Of a DNA stretch of 64,000 nucleotides, positions 1 to 11,574 are shown piece by piece. Each line of letters starts with the position of its first letter. Position 1 is the first letter of the stretch. Origin of the DNA: Phyllosticta citribraziliensis (Eukaryota); NCBI RefSeq assembly GCF_038025025.1, contig NW_027117342.1:186001-250000 (forward strand), read 5' to 3'. Made by a program: the position numbers and the translations under genes. The notes under the pieces were generated by a model that was not told where the DNA came from, ran no database searches, and was given only the letters and a program-made list of their open reading frames with translations.

Positions 1-306
1 ACCTAACTTACTATCACATAGATTCTCCGTTTATTTGAGTTGGCTGAACTGCTATGAGAACGAGACCATGACTTTCCATGTAAGCCCTCGCATTCCCTGT
101 CTGTCCAAAACCACGGGAAGAGGCAGTTGAGTGCAGGCTGATTTTCGTAGCCCTGCACGGCCATGGTCCCGCCACTTTCAGACCCACCTCTGGACACATG
201 TCTCCCGGAGCAAAATTCAAAAAGCGTTTTTACCTGAGCTACTGCTTCCATCCTGCTTGCATCAAGAGCCTTTCTTTCGCTTGTTCCCCTATCCTTGCCG
301 TGAATT

Positions 307-2648
307 ATGGGGTGTTGGTCTGCATTCCTTCATCAAATGCGCACCATCTGGTCGGTGGACTCCCGGGATAGCCATGTCAGCGGACACCAGCCTGAGACGG
401 GCACAAACGCCCCCAAGGACACGCCCATGGATCGTGGAGCTGCTCAGAAGCACAGTAGTCAAGACCTGATCCAGACCCCCAAAAATGTCGACAGCTTGCC
501 CCTTTCCGAGGATACGGAAACCTCAACGCCTGTTTTCACTGATGTTGTGGTAAAGAGAACCGCATCAATCTCGCACTTCTTTCTTCAACTCCTCGCTAAC
601 TTGGGCAGGTTCCTCCAATTGGCACTCATAGAGAATGCGGTCAATGCGGCGAGTTTCGAACTTCCATTAGCGGTCCACTCGAACTTCTCAAGAAATCGGT
701 TGAGAAGGGAGCCTGCCCAACCTGTCCAATTCTTTGGCATTTCCTGGAACAATTCCTTCCATATCATCCTGAGGGCTACACATGGATAAGTCTGATCAGA
801 CCCGCCAATCGTGGCCTTCCTTTAGAAGATGGGAAGGAAGTTTATCCCGGGCAGTCATCAAACGAATGCATGCTGGTCGATGTCCGTCCAAAAGAACTCG
901 AAATGAGGATTCTCTGCTCTGTTGAAGTTTTCACTGTTGCCAACACGCCGAGTCCCTTTCCATGTGTTGGATCAGCTCAGATTTTGCCACAAAATTCGTC
1001 CAGAGATCGTTTGGATCGTGCTAAAGAATGGCTCAACCATTGTCTGAGGATACACGAACGCTGCAGGCGACCTGAGGAGGAGAATTATCCGTTACCTAGA
1101 CGACTGGTTGATGTTTCGGGTCCCAAAGAGGACGGACCAGTGAGACTGATTGAAACATCCAATCATGAAAGACCCTACCTATGCTTGAGCCACTGCTGGG
1201 GTGACCCTGGACGTCATCCTTTGAGAACCCTGGAGGGAGGTCACCCAATTGAGGGCGATGAGACAAACCTTACGGAAGGAAATTTGGACAGCCACATGAA
1301 GGGAATCGCCTTTCATGATCTACCTGGCACCTTCAGAGATGCAGTATCGGTCGTTCGTGCTCTCGGGCAACGCTACCTATGGATCGACTCTCTCTGCATT
1401 ATCCAGGACTCCGGAAAAGATTGGGACCAAGAAGCAAAGAGAATGGCCGACATTTACCAGAACTCGTACCTGACACTAGCCGCAACAAAGTCCATGGATA
1501 GCACCGGCGGTCTCTTCTCAGAACCAGGCGCAGAATACAATGCTCGCGCGTTCAGCGTGAAAGACACAAACCACAACTCTTACAATCTCTACTGCCGGAA
1601 AGCAAGGCCACACTGGTTTGGTCAAACAGACAGGTCAGAATATCAAAGCGCTCCGACACTACTCTCTCGCGCTTGGGTCTACCAAGAACGAGTGCTTTCA
1701 CCTCGAACCTTGCACTTCGGACAAGAAGAGCTCTTGTGGGAATGTCGGGAAGGGTCGACCTGCGAGTGCAGCCTCTGGCCTGTGCCGAACAAACAATGCC
1801 TGAGATTCGATTCAGATTTCAGTCCTGGGATCATGGAAGTTGGTGCCAACTGGCAGACCAAAACTGTGACGAACCGGTGGAGGAGTGCCGTCGAGGAATA
1901 CTCAAGCCTAGACATGACCAAACCGAAAGATCGCCTCCCCGCCATAGCCGGCGTGGCCAAGCAGGTGCAGCTACTTCGCGGCGGCGAACGTTACTATGTC
2001 GGGCTGTGGGAGAAGTCGCTGCTCGAGGATCTTCTCTGGTACGTCCCCGACAGATGGCAAGTAAACCGAACCACCGAGCGCGCCCCAAGTTGGACGTGGG
2101 CCTGCGTGGACAAGGGACCCATCACATTTTACAGCCTGGACGAATTCATGCATGAGCAACCGGACCCGATTGAGAGATTGGCCGAGGTCGTCGAAGTAGA
2201 ACTCGGCGATGGCGATGCATTTCTGGGAGTCCAGGCAGGGTCCATCAAGCTCAACGGCCTTTTATTCGCTGCCACGGTCACGTGCGACGAAGAGGGCGAG
2301 TTCGTTGTCCTACTGGACTCGGACAAGGATGACGACCCGTGGTGGTGGTTCAAGAACCGCAAATTCTTTCCAGACTTCGACTTTTGGTCTTCGGATATAC
2401 CAGAGTCTTCTGGTGGTGCTGTGCTTGAGGAAAACATGTATTGTTTCCTCACGCACATGACCTACCCGTACGATGCTGGACCCAAGTTTTCTTTCTTGGC
2501 TCTTCGGCCCAAGGGAGAAGAAAAGGAAGGAGAGCCGACATTCGAAAGGGTGGGACTCGTCACTACGCTCACTCCCGTGATTGACTGGGATCTTGACGGG
2601 GGGAAACACGGTGCAGATCGGGATCCGCAAACCATCACCATCGTTTGA
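307..2648 (+). CDS. Heterokaryon incompatibility (HET domain) protein; exons 307-549 and 609-2648 (~760 aa)
   Basis: HET motifs LPRRLVDV, YLCLSHCWG, LPGTFRDAV, YLWIDSLCIIQD, MADIYQNSYLTLAA, LLSRAWVYQER. The frame is open upstream of 870 back to 609 (CGQC...KGACPTC) and joins the 307 ORF through a phase-0 intron GTAAAG..GCTAAC..CAG (550-608). Confidence 0.9.
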
Positions 2649-3695
2649 ACACCAGCCACGCTTCTTGAAAGATAGCACATTCACCAATATCACATCTTCA
2701 GCGCCCATCTATCTCATAAATAACTTCCGCCCTTTTTCAGTGTCTCGCTACATCCGCAACACCACGCAAGAATTCATCGCGCCCCAACAGCAAGCCTCGC
2801 GACGCGAATGCCTTATTCGATCACGTCGCCTCCCTCTCACAGAAGACTGGCTCCTTCCATCAACTCACGCCGCCGACACGATCCAGAGGGCTTTCAGGTT
2901 CAAGAGGAGCAGCAGGTACAGGTGTCGCACTGAGGGTAAGGGCAGGGGACAGAGAGCAGTGCAATCTCGACGTCAAGCACTTATGCCTCCTACATTTTAC
3001 AGTCAGTTCACGGTTGCCAATGGGGATCAGAGACAGAGCGCCCTGTACGGCCTGCTCAGCTCTCCTCAGCTTACATCACCCCTCATCGATCTCTCAAAAA
3101 GCATTCCAAACAAACACTTCAAACATCCCTTCTCGTATTTCACCTCCCATCTCCCACCTCCCCAACGTACGACGAGCAAGCGAGCACACCTCAAACCTGC
3201 CCTCGACAGATCACACATGCGGTATGGCGAGATGCACCACCCCGTCGACAGCTAATAGGCTGACTGATTGATCAATTGATTCACCAATACGACTGACTGC
3301 CCAACACTATCCACCAAAGCACTTTTAATCAAACATTTGCTTTTGCTTTTGTTCCCGGCAACGGCGACAAGAACCTCAACGAAGGAAAAAAAAAAAAAAA
3401 GGATGGGATGAGAAGGACACTACACCGGTGTCGTCCGTGGTATTTTGCTTTTTGCCGATGACAGAGCCGCCCGTCTGCCGCGCCATCCACCGCACTTTAC
3501 TGTCCGGTTTCCACTGTCCGCTACTGTCTCGTCTCTCGTCTCGCCTTTCATGCTTCTCTTTTGGTTTTGCGCCTTACTCTCTCTCTCTCTCTCTCGCTCT
3601 CTCGCCTCTTGACACGTCGTCTCTTCCCGTTCGTCTCATCAATCATCAACGTCATCCATCCCACCGGCCCATTGGCCCACGGCAGCTTCAACTCC

Positions 3696-6600
3696 TCAGT
3701 ACTTGACCTCGCAGGGCGTCGTCGAGCCGTCCGACGACTGCATGCTATACGGCGCCTATGACGACAACACGTTAACCAGCCGGACTACGATCCGCGCACC
3801 ACCTCTCCGGCACCACCACTCTCAACAGCAGGACGCGCATCTCGACCAGCAGAAGTAGCTGCTACGGCAATTGCAGCATTTGCATTCGCAGCACGATGCG
3901 CAGCTTTCGACGCCGGCTGCTCCTCCGCCTCCTCGACCCTCCCCGGACGGACCAGACTCACCAAAACCTTTTTCGCATTGCAGATGCGCCAGGCGAGATT
4001 GCGGACGCAGCCGTCGGCGCGCACGACCTCGGGGGCGAACTCGATGCCGAACATCTGCTGGACGGCGTAGACGACGCGGCGGGCAAACTTGCCGTCGCGC
4101 TCGACGAGGGCGCCGAAGCCGTCGGCCACGTCCTCGGGCGCGATCTGCGGGTCGCGGTCGAAGCAGTTGCGCACCACGGGCAGCAGCGCCTGCTCGACGG
4201 CGCCGCGGATCGATGCTGTGTCCGGGTCCAGCTCGGCGTCGTCGGCATCGAAGCGTGCGATGCGGATTTCGAACGGCAGCGAGATGGCCATGACGTTGTG
4301 CTTGCCGTCGTGGTGGTACCGGAATTCGAACACGCCCGTCGTCCACCACAGCTTGTCGCCCGCGAACTCCATTTCGCCGCACAGGCAGTCTTTGGCTTCG
4401 CCATCGGTGCGCGAGGCGCTGCTGACGAGCTGGTCGGACACCAGGATGCCTTGGTCGGCGCGCACCGAGTCGTAGGCGCCGGGCGTCGTGGCGATCCAGC
4501 GGCCTTGCGAGGACACGCGCGTCACCTCACGGGAAGCATTGTCTGAGACCATGTACAGACCGATCCAGTCCTTCTTGCTGTGGTTGAGCGGCGCGGTCCA
4601 CTTGACCTTGATGGGGGCGCCGTATTCGAACAGGAGCGTCTTGAAGCTACCGCTGCGGCGCGCCGGGGCACGAGCAGACTCTCCCTCACGGCCACTGCGG
4701 CGCTCCTGCTCGGCAAGGATCGACGAGGGCGTTCCCTCGACTTGGATGGAGTAGTCCTTGGGGTCGAGGCCGGCGAGGTCAGGCGCCACGCGCGTGATGC
4801 TGATGCGTGCGGGATACGACTTGAAGAGCGCCGTCGTGTCCTTGACAAACGTCTCGACGCCGGCGGCCAGCTTGGGCCGAGCAGCCTCGATGAACTCTTC
4901 GAAAAATTCAGCCGTGTCGCCCAAGACCCTATCCACGTTGCCCTGCCAGTGTCTAATGGGCGAAGGCAGCGAGCGCTTCAACGTCTTGGAGATGCCCGAG
5001 TCCTGCCTCAGGCTCTGACCGTACAGCCTCTGCATGTGGGGAACCTCGACGCACTGAATGTGCAGGAGCTGCAGGATGTGGCTCAGCAGGGCCACGAAGA
5101 AGATGGGCTTGTTCCACGTCAGGACGACGGCGCTCCAAATGCCGGCGAGACCGAGGAAGCGTTCGGGGTTGTTGAGGAAGCGGTAGATGCCACTGTAGTT
5201 TAGCTTGGGCGTCTGATCAAAAAAGAAATCTCCGTAGAACCAGCCAAACTCGCCCAGGGACTCGTAGACGCTGACCGAGGTCCAAATCTGCAACGCCATC
5301 AGCGCGGCTCCCAACACGTGTCTCAGCAGCGCCATTCCATATTCCCAATCGGGCGGCAGCGAGTACATTTTCCACGCGGCGGCAATGAAGCTGGCGTGGC
5401 ACATGGACGTGCTGAGATAGTACAAGCCCTTCCACTGCCTCCAGGCCTCCTCGGTGCTCTCTCCGTACTTGATAAAGTGGCGGGTCCAGCTCTTGCGGTT
5501 CGACTGCATGTTGAGGATGGTGCCGAGGCCGAAATTGTACCAAATGCGCCAGGCGACTGCGTGGGCGATGAAGAGGGCCTGGTAAAAGGGCGTGTTGGGC
5601 GTCAGGAGCGTAAAGGCAACCATGTACAGCTGAAAGAGCACCACCGAGAGATTGGTCAAGCGGTGCAGGTCCATGTTTTGCCATCCGAGCAGCTGGTGCA
5701 CGGGCGAAGGCTGCGCGGCCGAGGCCAACGGGGGAGCACCATTCACGTGACCGGCGTCGAGAAGGGGCGTCTTTGGGCGCGCGGCGTCGGCGTCGCCTGA
5801 AGTTAGCGTGCGCTTCTTCGGCGGCGGCGGCGGGTTGTACGTCTTTTCAATGTGCGGGTTTTCGACGAGGGCGAGGAAGGCGAATTGAGCTGCATGGGCA
5901 ATGATGGAGATGAACAGGACCTTGTAGCTGGCGGCCATGAGCGAGATGCCGTAGAAGCCGGCATAGCCGACCGAGTACATGGGGTGCGGCGCCATTTCGA
6001 AGACGCCGTCAAAGGTCAGCTCCTGGTCGATGAGGTAGAAGAAGTCACCCCAGTACCAGGCAAAGTCCTTGACGACGCGGTGGGCGTCGAGCTTGACCCA
6101 GAGGTTGAAGAGCACGAGGGCCACGCCGGCGGCCCAGCGGGCGAAGCCGACGGGCCAGGTCTCGCCTTCGGGAGGGCCTCCGCACGCGGTTGCAAAGAGG
6201 CAGTAGGAAACAAAGTCGCACATGAGGATCAAGTCAACGAGACGTCTAAAGACCAGCCACGTATTGTACTCTATCGGAGCCTCCTCAAACTTGTAGTCTT
6301 TTGGGATCTTGGTCTCCATCTCCTTTTTGAGCAGCTGGTAGAGGCGCGGGTAAGGGTTCCTGCCAGCATCGGGGTGCTCAAAGATGTGGGACTTTTTGGC
6401 CCAGGTCACCAGCCGCCTGTGCTCCGACTGAATCTGCAACAGATAACCGAGGCCGACATTGTAGCCGGCACGCCAAAAGAGGAAGACTACGGCAAAGGCT
6501 GGGATGCGCCAAGAGCGCGGGAGCAGGTAGTAGGCAAGCATGTGGCCAGCCAGGACGGCCAGGATGAGGGCGTCGGACAAGTTTTTTGGTTGCGTTGGGC

Positions 6601-6934
6601 TGAGCAGCTGGGAGACCATGTCGTCCGTGTGAGGGACGGTGAAGACTGTACATGCATTAGCTACAAGGTGCATTGAGTGTTCACGCGGGCCGGGCGGCGG
6701 GGCGGGCTCCGGGTCGGCGTCGACCTATGGTTGGCATTGGAGTAGCCACGTTCATTCTTAGCAGAGGGGAGTCGACTGACTGGTTCCGTCGGGCGTCCTG
6801 CCATATGTCTTTTTCTCCTTGCCCTCGGCAGCTCCATTCAGTTCCATGACCCTCTCTCTTGCGTCGTCTGCGTCCTGGTTGCCACGGCGCTGGCGCAACT
6901 CTGGCGCAGTCCCGGGAGTCTCGGAGCCAGGCAT
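3696..6934 (-). CDS. CHO2: Phosphatidylethanolamine N-methyltransferase; exons 6934-6781, 6645-3962, 3755-3696
   Basis: [53 protein letters not shown], second PEMT half [11 protein letters not shown], spliced C-terminus KKVL|APYSM. Canonical introns. Confidence 0.95.
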
Positions 6935-7335
6935 GTTGGGCTATGAGTAGGCCAGAGCTGGTGTTGGGCGGTTCGAGAGGACAGGCTCGAGTGGGCGTCG
7001 ACAATGGCAGCGGGAGTTGGCGCGTAGGTAGGATTCGCAGCGTGACGTCGAGTTGGAGTGTCGAGTGGAGCCCAGTTGATGAGCGTGGTTGCAGTTGGCC
7101 GGGAGGAGTGTTTCTGGGAGAGTCGGAGGATTGGCGAAGAGGTTGAGGAGTGGAGAGGAGAGGAGGACGGCGGACGGGGCGGGCGACTTAAGGCATGAGA
7201 TGAGGTGTTGCTAGTGTCGCTCGAGTGGTGCCGTGCCGTGGCATTACTTGCTCGTGTCGTGTCGTGGGGTCCACCCGACTTCCTCCAGGGCAAGCCTGGC
7301 CCGTGCCCCCACTCCAACCGGCACAGGGACTCAAC

Positions 7336-7385
7336 CATCATCCATCAACCATCATCCATCATCCATCAACCATCAACCACCATCT
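7336..7385 (+). repeat. Imperfect 7-nt tandem repeat (CCATCAT/CCATCAA)
   Basis: ccatcatccatcaaccatcatccatcatccatcaaccatcaacc read directly. Confidence 0.7.
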
Positions 7386-8651
7386 CTTGCTCTTCTCTCT
7401 CTCCCTCGCTCAATGCATCCCCGTCGTAACTTTCGAATCAAACCCTTCTTCCCCGCCTCTGCCCCGCGCCTCTCCCGCCCGCCCAAACTAAATCACGCGA
7501 CGTGCCGCCCGCTACCCCGGATTTTTGACGTCGACCGTCTCCAAAAGCCGCCCATGGCGCCCTCGACACCTTGAACAAACAAAGACACGAGAAGAAAAGG
7601 ACAAACAACCTGACGTCCGGCTCATTCAGCAAAGCAAGCTGTCCAGAGCCCCGCATCTCCTTCTGCAGCCGGCCAAGTGGAGAGAAAGCGTCCGTTCGTG
7701 CCGCAGGCCTACCGTAGTAGTGTGGAGCTGCCGTGGGTGAGGTGGGTGCGCTCTTTTCAGGTCCTCCGCAACCAAACCCAAGGTCAGGTTCCCCCCGTCT
7801 GCCGCTCCGCCTCCCTCATGTACCTCTTGCCAAGATGCGCGGCAACATCATGCACGCTCTCTGCCCTCAACAGCCGGCATAAACTGCCAATTCTGCGCCT
7901 CTGCCGCTAGTTCTGCTGCTGCTGCGACATTTATCGACTCTTTTCCCTCGTCCCTCCACGCACAAGTGCCGCCGAAATCATAACCTTGCGCGCTTTGCAG
8001 GGTCCGCAGTCACCGACACCAAAGCATCGCCGTCCCGCGTACGAGAACGAGCAACGAAAAGCGTTGGGAGAGGCCGTCCGTCCGTCCGTCGTCGTTCCGC
8101 CGCACCGACACTGGACGCCCTCCCCCAGCAAAGCTCGGATCGCATCGATCGACTCCAGTCTCCAATAGACTAGGCACCATCTTTTTCTCTTCCGCTTCTC
8201 GCGCATGACCGTCCTATCAAATGTCGCCGGACTGCGGCGCGAAAGGAGCTTACCGGCCTCGAGCCGCCGTTATTACGGAATGCGTTTTGGCAATTGTTGA
8301 CCGTTGGTTTGTCTCGGGCGCGCGCGTGGCCTGCCTGCGGTGCCGGTGACCGTCTTGCATGTGATTTTGTCGGTGCGCGCCAATGACGTACGATCCTACG
8401 TCGAACAGCTTCAGTCTTCCATCGGACTCGACCGCAAAGAAGCCAAAGGAAAACACGTTGAGAAGTCTTTCAGGAATAGTCAATGCTCTCTCATTTCGCT
8501 AACCCCATTCTCTCAACCGTCTCCCCACGCTCTTCCCAACAACAGGACGCCTCAAGCAACACACGCACTCACTCATTACGCCCACATCAATCTCAGTCCG
8601 ACCCGCCCACGACAAGAACGAAAAAATTGACCCCTACCCCTACCCCTCCCC

Positions 8652-10487
8652 CTAGTCCACCCCCTCCATATCCACATCGCCATCGCTGCCGCCCCCAACC
8701 TTGTATTTGGGCTCGTCGACGCTGCCCCATCCGACGCCCTGACGCCCCCTTTTCCTGTTCTCGCCGCCGCCCTCGTCTGCCTCGCTGCTCCCGCTGCCTG
8801 GCCTGTCCTCTGCGCCGTCTAAATCCACGCTCTTAGAATGCGCGTGCCCCTGGTGCCCAGGCCCGCGCCTCTTGCGCGGCTTGCCCTCGTTCTCGCGCAG
8901 CCGGTTCAAGATCAAGTCGACGGCCGCCGCGCTGTAGCGGCGTTTGCCCGCAGCGCCGCCAACGCCGCCACCGCCATTATTGCTGCCGCTGCCCTTTCTT
9001 GCGCCTCGCCCGTTCTCCGAGACAAAGGACGACGCGGACGACGCGCTCGAGTTGAGCGACGAGTTGCGCCGGTGCGGCGGCGTGTACGGCTGGCTCTTTG
9101 TTGCGGCTGCCTTGCTGTCGCCGCGCCCAAAGGGGTACGGCGACGAGGGCGCCTTGAACGGCGTCGCGCGCGGGTCCGGCACGTGTTGTAGGCGAGGAGG
9201 TGGTTCCGCAAAGTGGACGTGAGCCTGCTGGGGATGGTGATGATGATGCGACGACGAGTCTGCTGCGTTTGAACTGCCGCCGCCGCTGCCCGTTGTTGCG
9301 AGGGCGGATTTGGTGGGCATGGTGGCAGTAGCAGCAGTGCCACCGCTTTCGTGCGATGTCTTGCCTGGCACAAACACGCTGGTTCGCGGGCTCAGAGCGG
9401 CGCTCTGCTCGCGCTTGTGGCCGCGTGGAGTCTTCACCACCACAGCCGCCATGGCCTTGCCGCTGCCGCTGCCATCGTCTTTCGGCCCCGTGATGCCCTC
9501 GCCATCGACGGTGCTGACCGTCAACGACGGCCGCCCCAGTTCCCACTTTTCCGGGAACACGCCGGGCGCCACTCTGCCCGTCTCGTCCGTCGACGGCGAC
9601 CCGGACGAGTCTGCGTTTGCTGCGTCGGCCTCCTTGTCTTTTCCTTTGTCGCCGTAGATGTAGTGGTGCGTGCCCATTTCGTCGACGACCTCGATGGGTC
9701 CCGGGCCGCCTGCTGCTGAGTAGGATGAGCGTGCGGCGCGCGAGAATTTCCTGCCGCGCGCGTCCCAGTCGGCCCACTCATAGTCGTAGGCAAGATTGTT
9801 TGCCTGGTGCTGGTGCTGGTGCTGGGACGCGTACGTGTACTGATATGGGTCATTGGATAGTAGGGATGGCGGCAGCGTGGTGTACGGGCCATGCGTGTCG
9901 TTGGCCTGCCAGGTCCACAGGTCGTCGGGCGTCGTGTCCGGGTCGAGGTACGCGCTGGGAGGGATGCCGTGCGGGTAATGCGCATACGGACTGTTGGCGA
10001 CATACGGCGAAGCGTAAAAGTTCGCGGCGTACGCGGTCATGACCGCCGTCGGGTCCGGGTTTAGATAATGGTGATCTCCTGCAGCAGCAGGTCTACTCGG
10101 CGGCATCCAAGTGTTGGTACTGTTAGACGGAGAGATCCAGGGCCCGGCGTCCTTGTCCAGAATGTCGGCTTGCATGCGCAGGATCCGGTCTTGGACCTGG
10201 CGCAGGCTTTCAAAGAGGACCTGCTGCTCGCTCTCGCAGTTGCGCAGCGAGGTGCGGGCACGCCAGCGGGTTTGCTGGAGCTTCTTCTTCTGGGCTCGTG
10301 GAAGACCTGGTGCGGTTTCGTTGTTGCTACTGCTGCTGCTGTCGCCCTCGAGGGTTCTCTTGGAGTTGGTCGTCAAGCTGCGCTCGGCGTCGGAGATTTT
10401 GGTCTGCAGGCCGTCCATGATGATTTGAGTTTTGGAGAGCGAAGAGAGAATGTACTGCCGCTGGTTGTGCAGGTATGGAAGCTCCAT
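8652..10487 (-). CDS. Hypothetical protein (611 aa): N-terminal coiled coil, long disordered region, C-terminal KRRYSAAAVDLILNRL motif
   Basis: Long single-exon ATG ORF with coding-like codon use; no recognised domain. Confidence 0.75.
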   Translation of the reverse strand: MELPYLHNQRQYILSSLSKTQIIMDGLQTKISDAERSLTTNSKRTLEGDSSSSSNNETAPGLPRAQKKKLQQTRWRARTSLRNCESEQQVLFESLRQVQDRILRMQADILDKDAGPWISPSNSTNTWMPPSRPAAAGDHHYLNPDPTAVMTAYAANFYASPYVANSPYAHYPHGIPPSAYLDPDTTPDDLWTWQANDTHGPYTTLPPSLLSNDPYQYTYASQHQHQHQANNLAYDYEWADWDARGRKFSRAARSSYSAAGGPGPIEVVDEMGTHHYIYGDKGKDKEADAANADSSGSPSTDETGRVAPGVFPEKWELGRPSLTVSTVDGEGITGPKDDGSGSGKAMAAVVVKTPRGHKREQSAALSPRTSVFVPGKTSHESGGTAATATMPTKSALATTGSGGGSSNAADSSSHHHHHPQQAHVHFAEPPPRLQHVPDPRATPFKAPSSPYPFGRGDSKAAATKSQPYTPPHRRNSSLNSSASSASSFVSENGRGARKGSGSNNGGGGVGGAAGKRRYSAAAVDLILNRLRENEGKPRKRRGPGHQGHAHSKSVDLDGAEDRPGSGSSEADEGGGENRKRGRQGVGWGSVDEPKYKVGGGSDGDVDMEGVD

Positions 10488-11574
10488 TTTGCTCAGTTAG
10501 TTGTTAAAGAAGACTCGGGCCAGTTGGACGAAGCAACGAAATTCCCAGCTCTTCTTCGACCAGCAACAACCGAGATGTCGTCTTGCGAGAGAAGCAAAGG
10601 GGAAAGGGACGTCGACGAGCAAGTGACATGTCCGGACAACCTATTGCGTGGTATAATACACCAGAGCTACAACAAAGGACGCCGCAGCATGGAGCGAGGT
10701 CGACGACGGCACTGCCTTGTTAGTCTGCAAAGAATGGGTCGAATGGGCCCGAGTTGCCGAGCGAATCGATTTTATCAGGACGCGACGGGCAGCTGAGACT
10801 GAAAACAGGTGCCGGTGGGCTAACCAGAGGGGTCCGTGGTCCATTGTGCCTGTGGCGTTGATAAAGAGCTCTACGCCAAATCCGGAATATGCCAAGCTAT
10901 GTCCAAAAGGCGAAGCCAGGCACACGTGTGACAAAGAACTTGTGGCCAAGCATAAGTCCAAAAGCTGTGAACAGCTCCACGGTGGAAATGAGGTTGCTAG
11001 CGGTTGTTGGATTTGGAAGATGGTGTTGAAGAGGAGGCACCCAACGTGACCTGGTGGCGAGTTGTTGGGCTGTCAAAGCCATCAAATGATACGAGTGCGA
11101 ATTTCAAAGACTCTTCATGGTCCTGAGATCTAATCTGTGGGTTTAGTCGTGCGCTACTAACATCAGCCTCTGTGTTCATGATCAATCTCAATCGGCGTCA
11201 AAGTTCAGTGTGGAGCCGCGAGGCGGGTTGTCGGGATGCGCAGGACCCAGGACGAGTCTCGACTGTTCAAGCCGCACACGATTCAAGCCAGAATGAAATA
11301 ATCAACGAGGCAAGCGTCTGTGAAGCTGATGTTGTCGGTCGGAAGCCGTGGTGTCAGACTCTCAGGTCGACGTCCCTGGGCTGGCTGGACGACCTGGACC
11401 GGACGCCGTGCGGGGCAGCGATGATCGTGGCCCAAGCTCAAGCTGGCGCCGGACAAGTTCCGCGGCGGTGTGGCAGGCGGAAGGACCGGCAGAAAAGTCC
11501 CAGACCCACAGTAGACATCCATCGCGTCGCCAGCGCCTCCCAACAACTGCACCAATTCCAGTGCTTCCGGAACC

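Noticed and set aside
1..300. Possible terminal exons of an upstream gene (splice-like sites at 21, 79, 150)
   Set aside because: Truncated by the window edge with no recognisable peptide
3822..3910. Metallothionein-like Cys run ([12 protein letters not shown]..) in an alternative frame
   Set aside because: It lies inside the CHO2 intron, comes from TGC/GCT-rich low complexity and has no suitable start codon
11490..11510. GAAAAGTCCC resembling the RNase MRP/P CR-I motif
   Set aside because: No matching CR-V, and it sits about 70 nt upstream of the URB1 start
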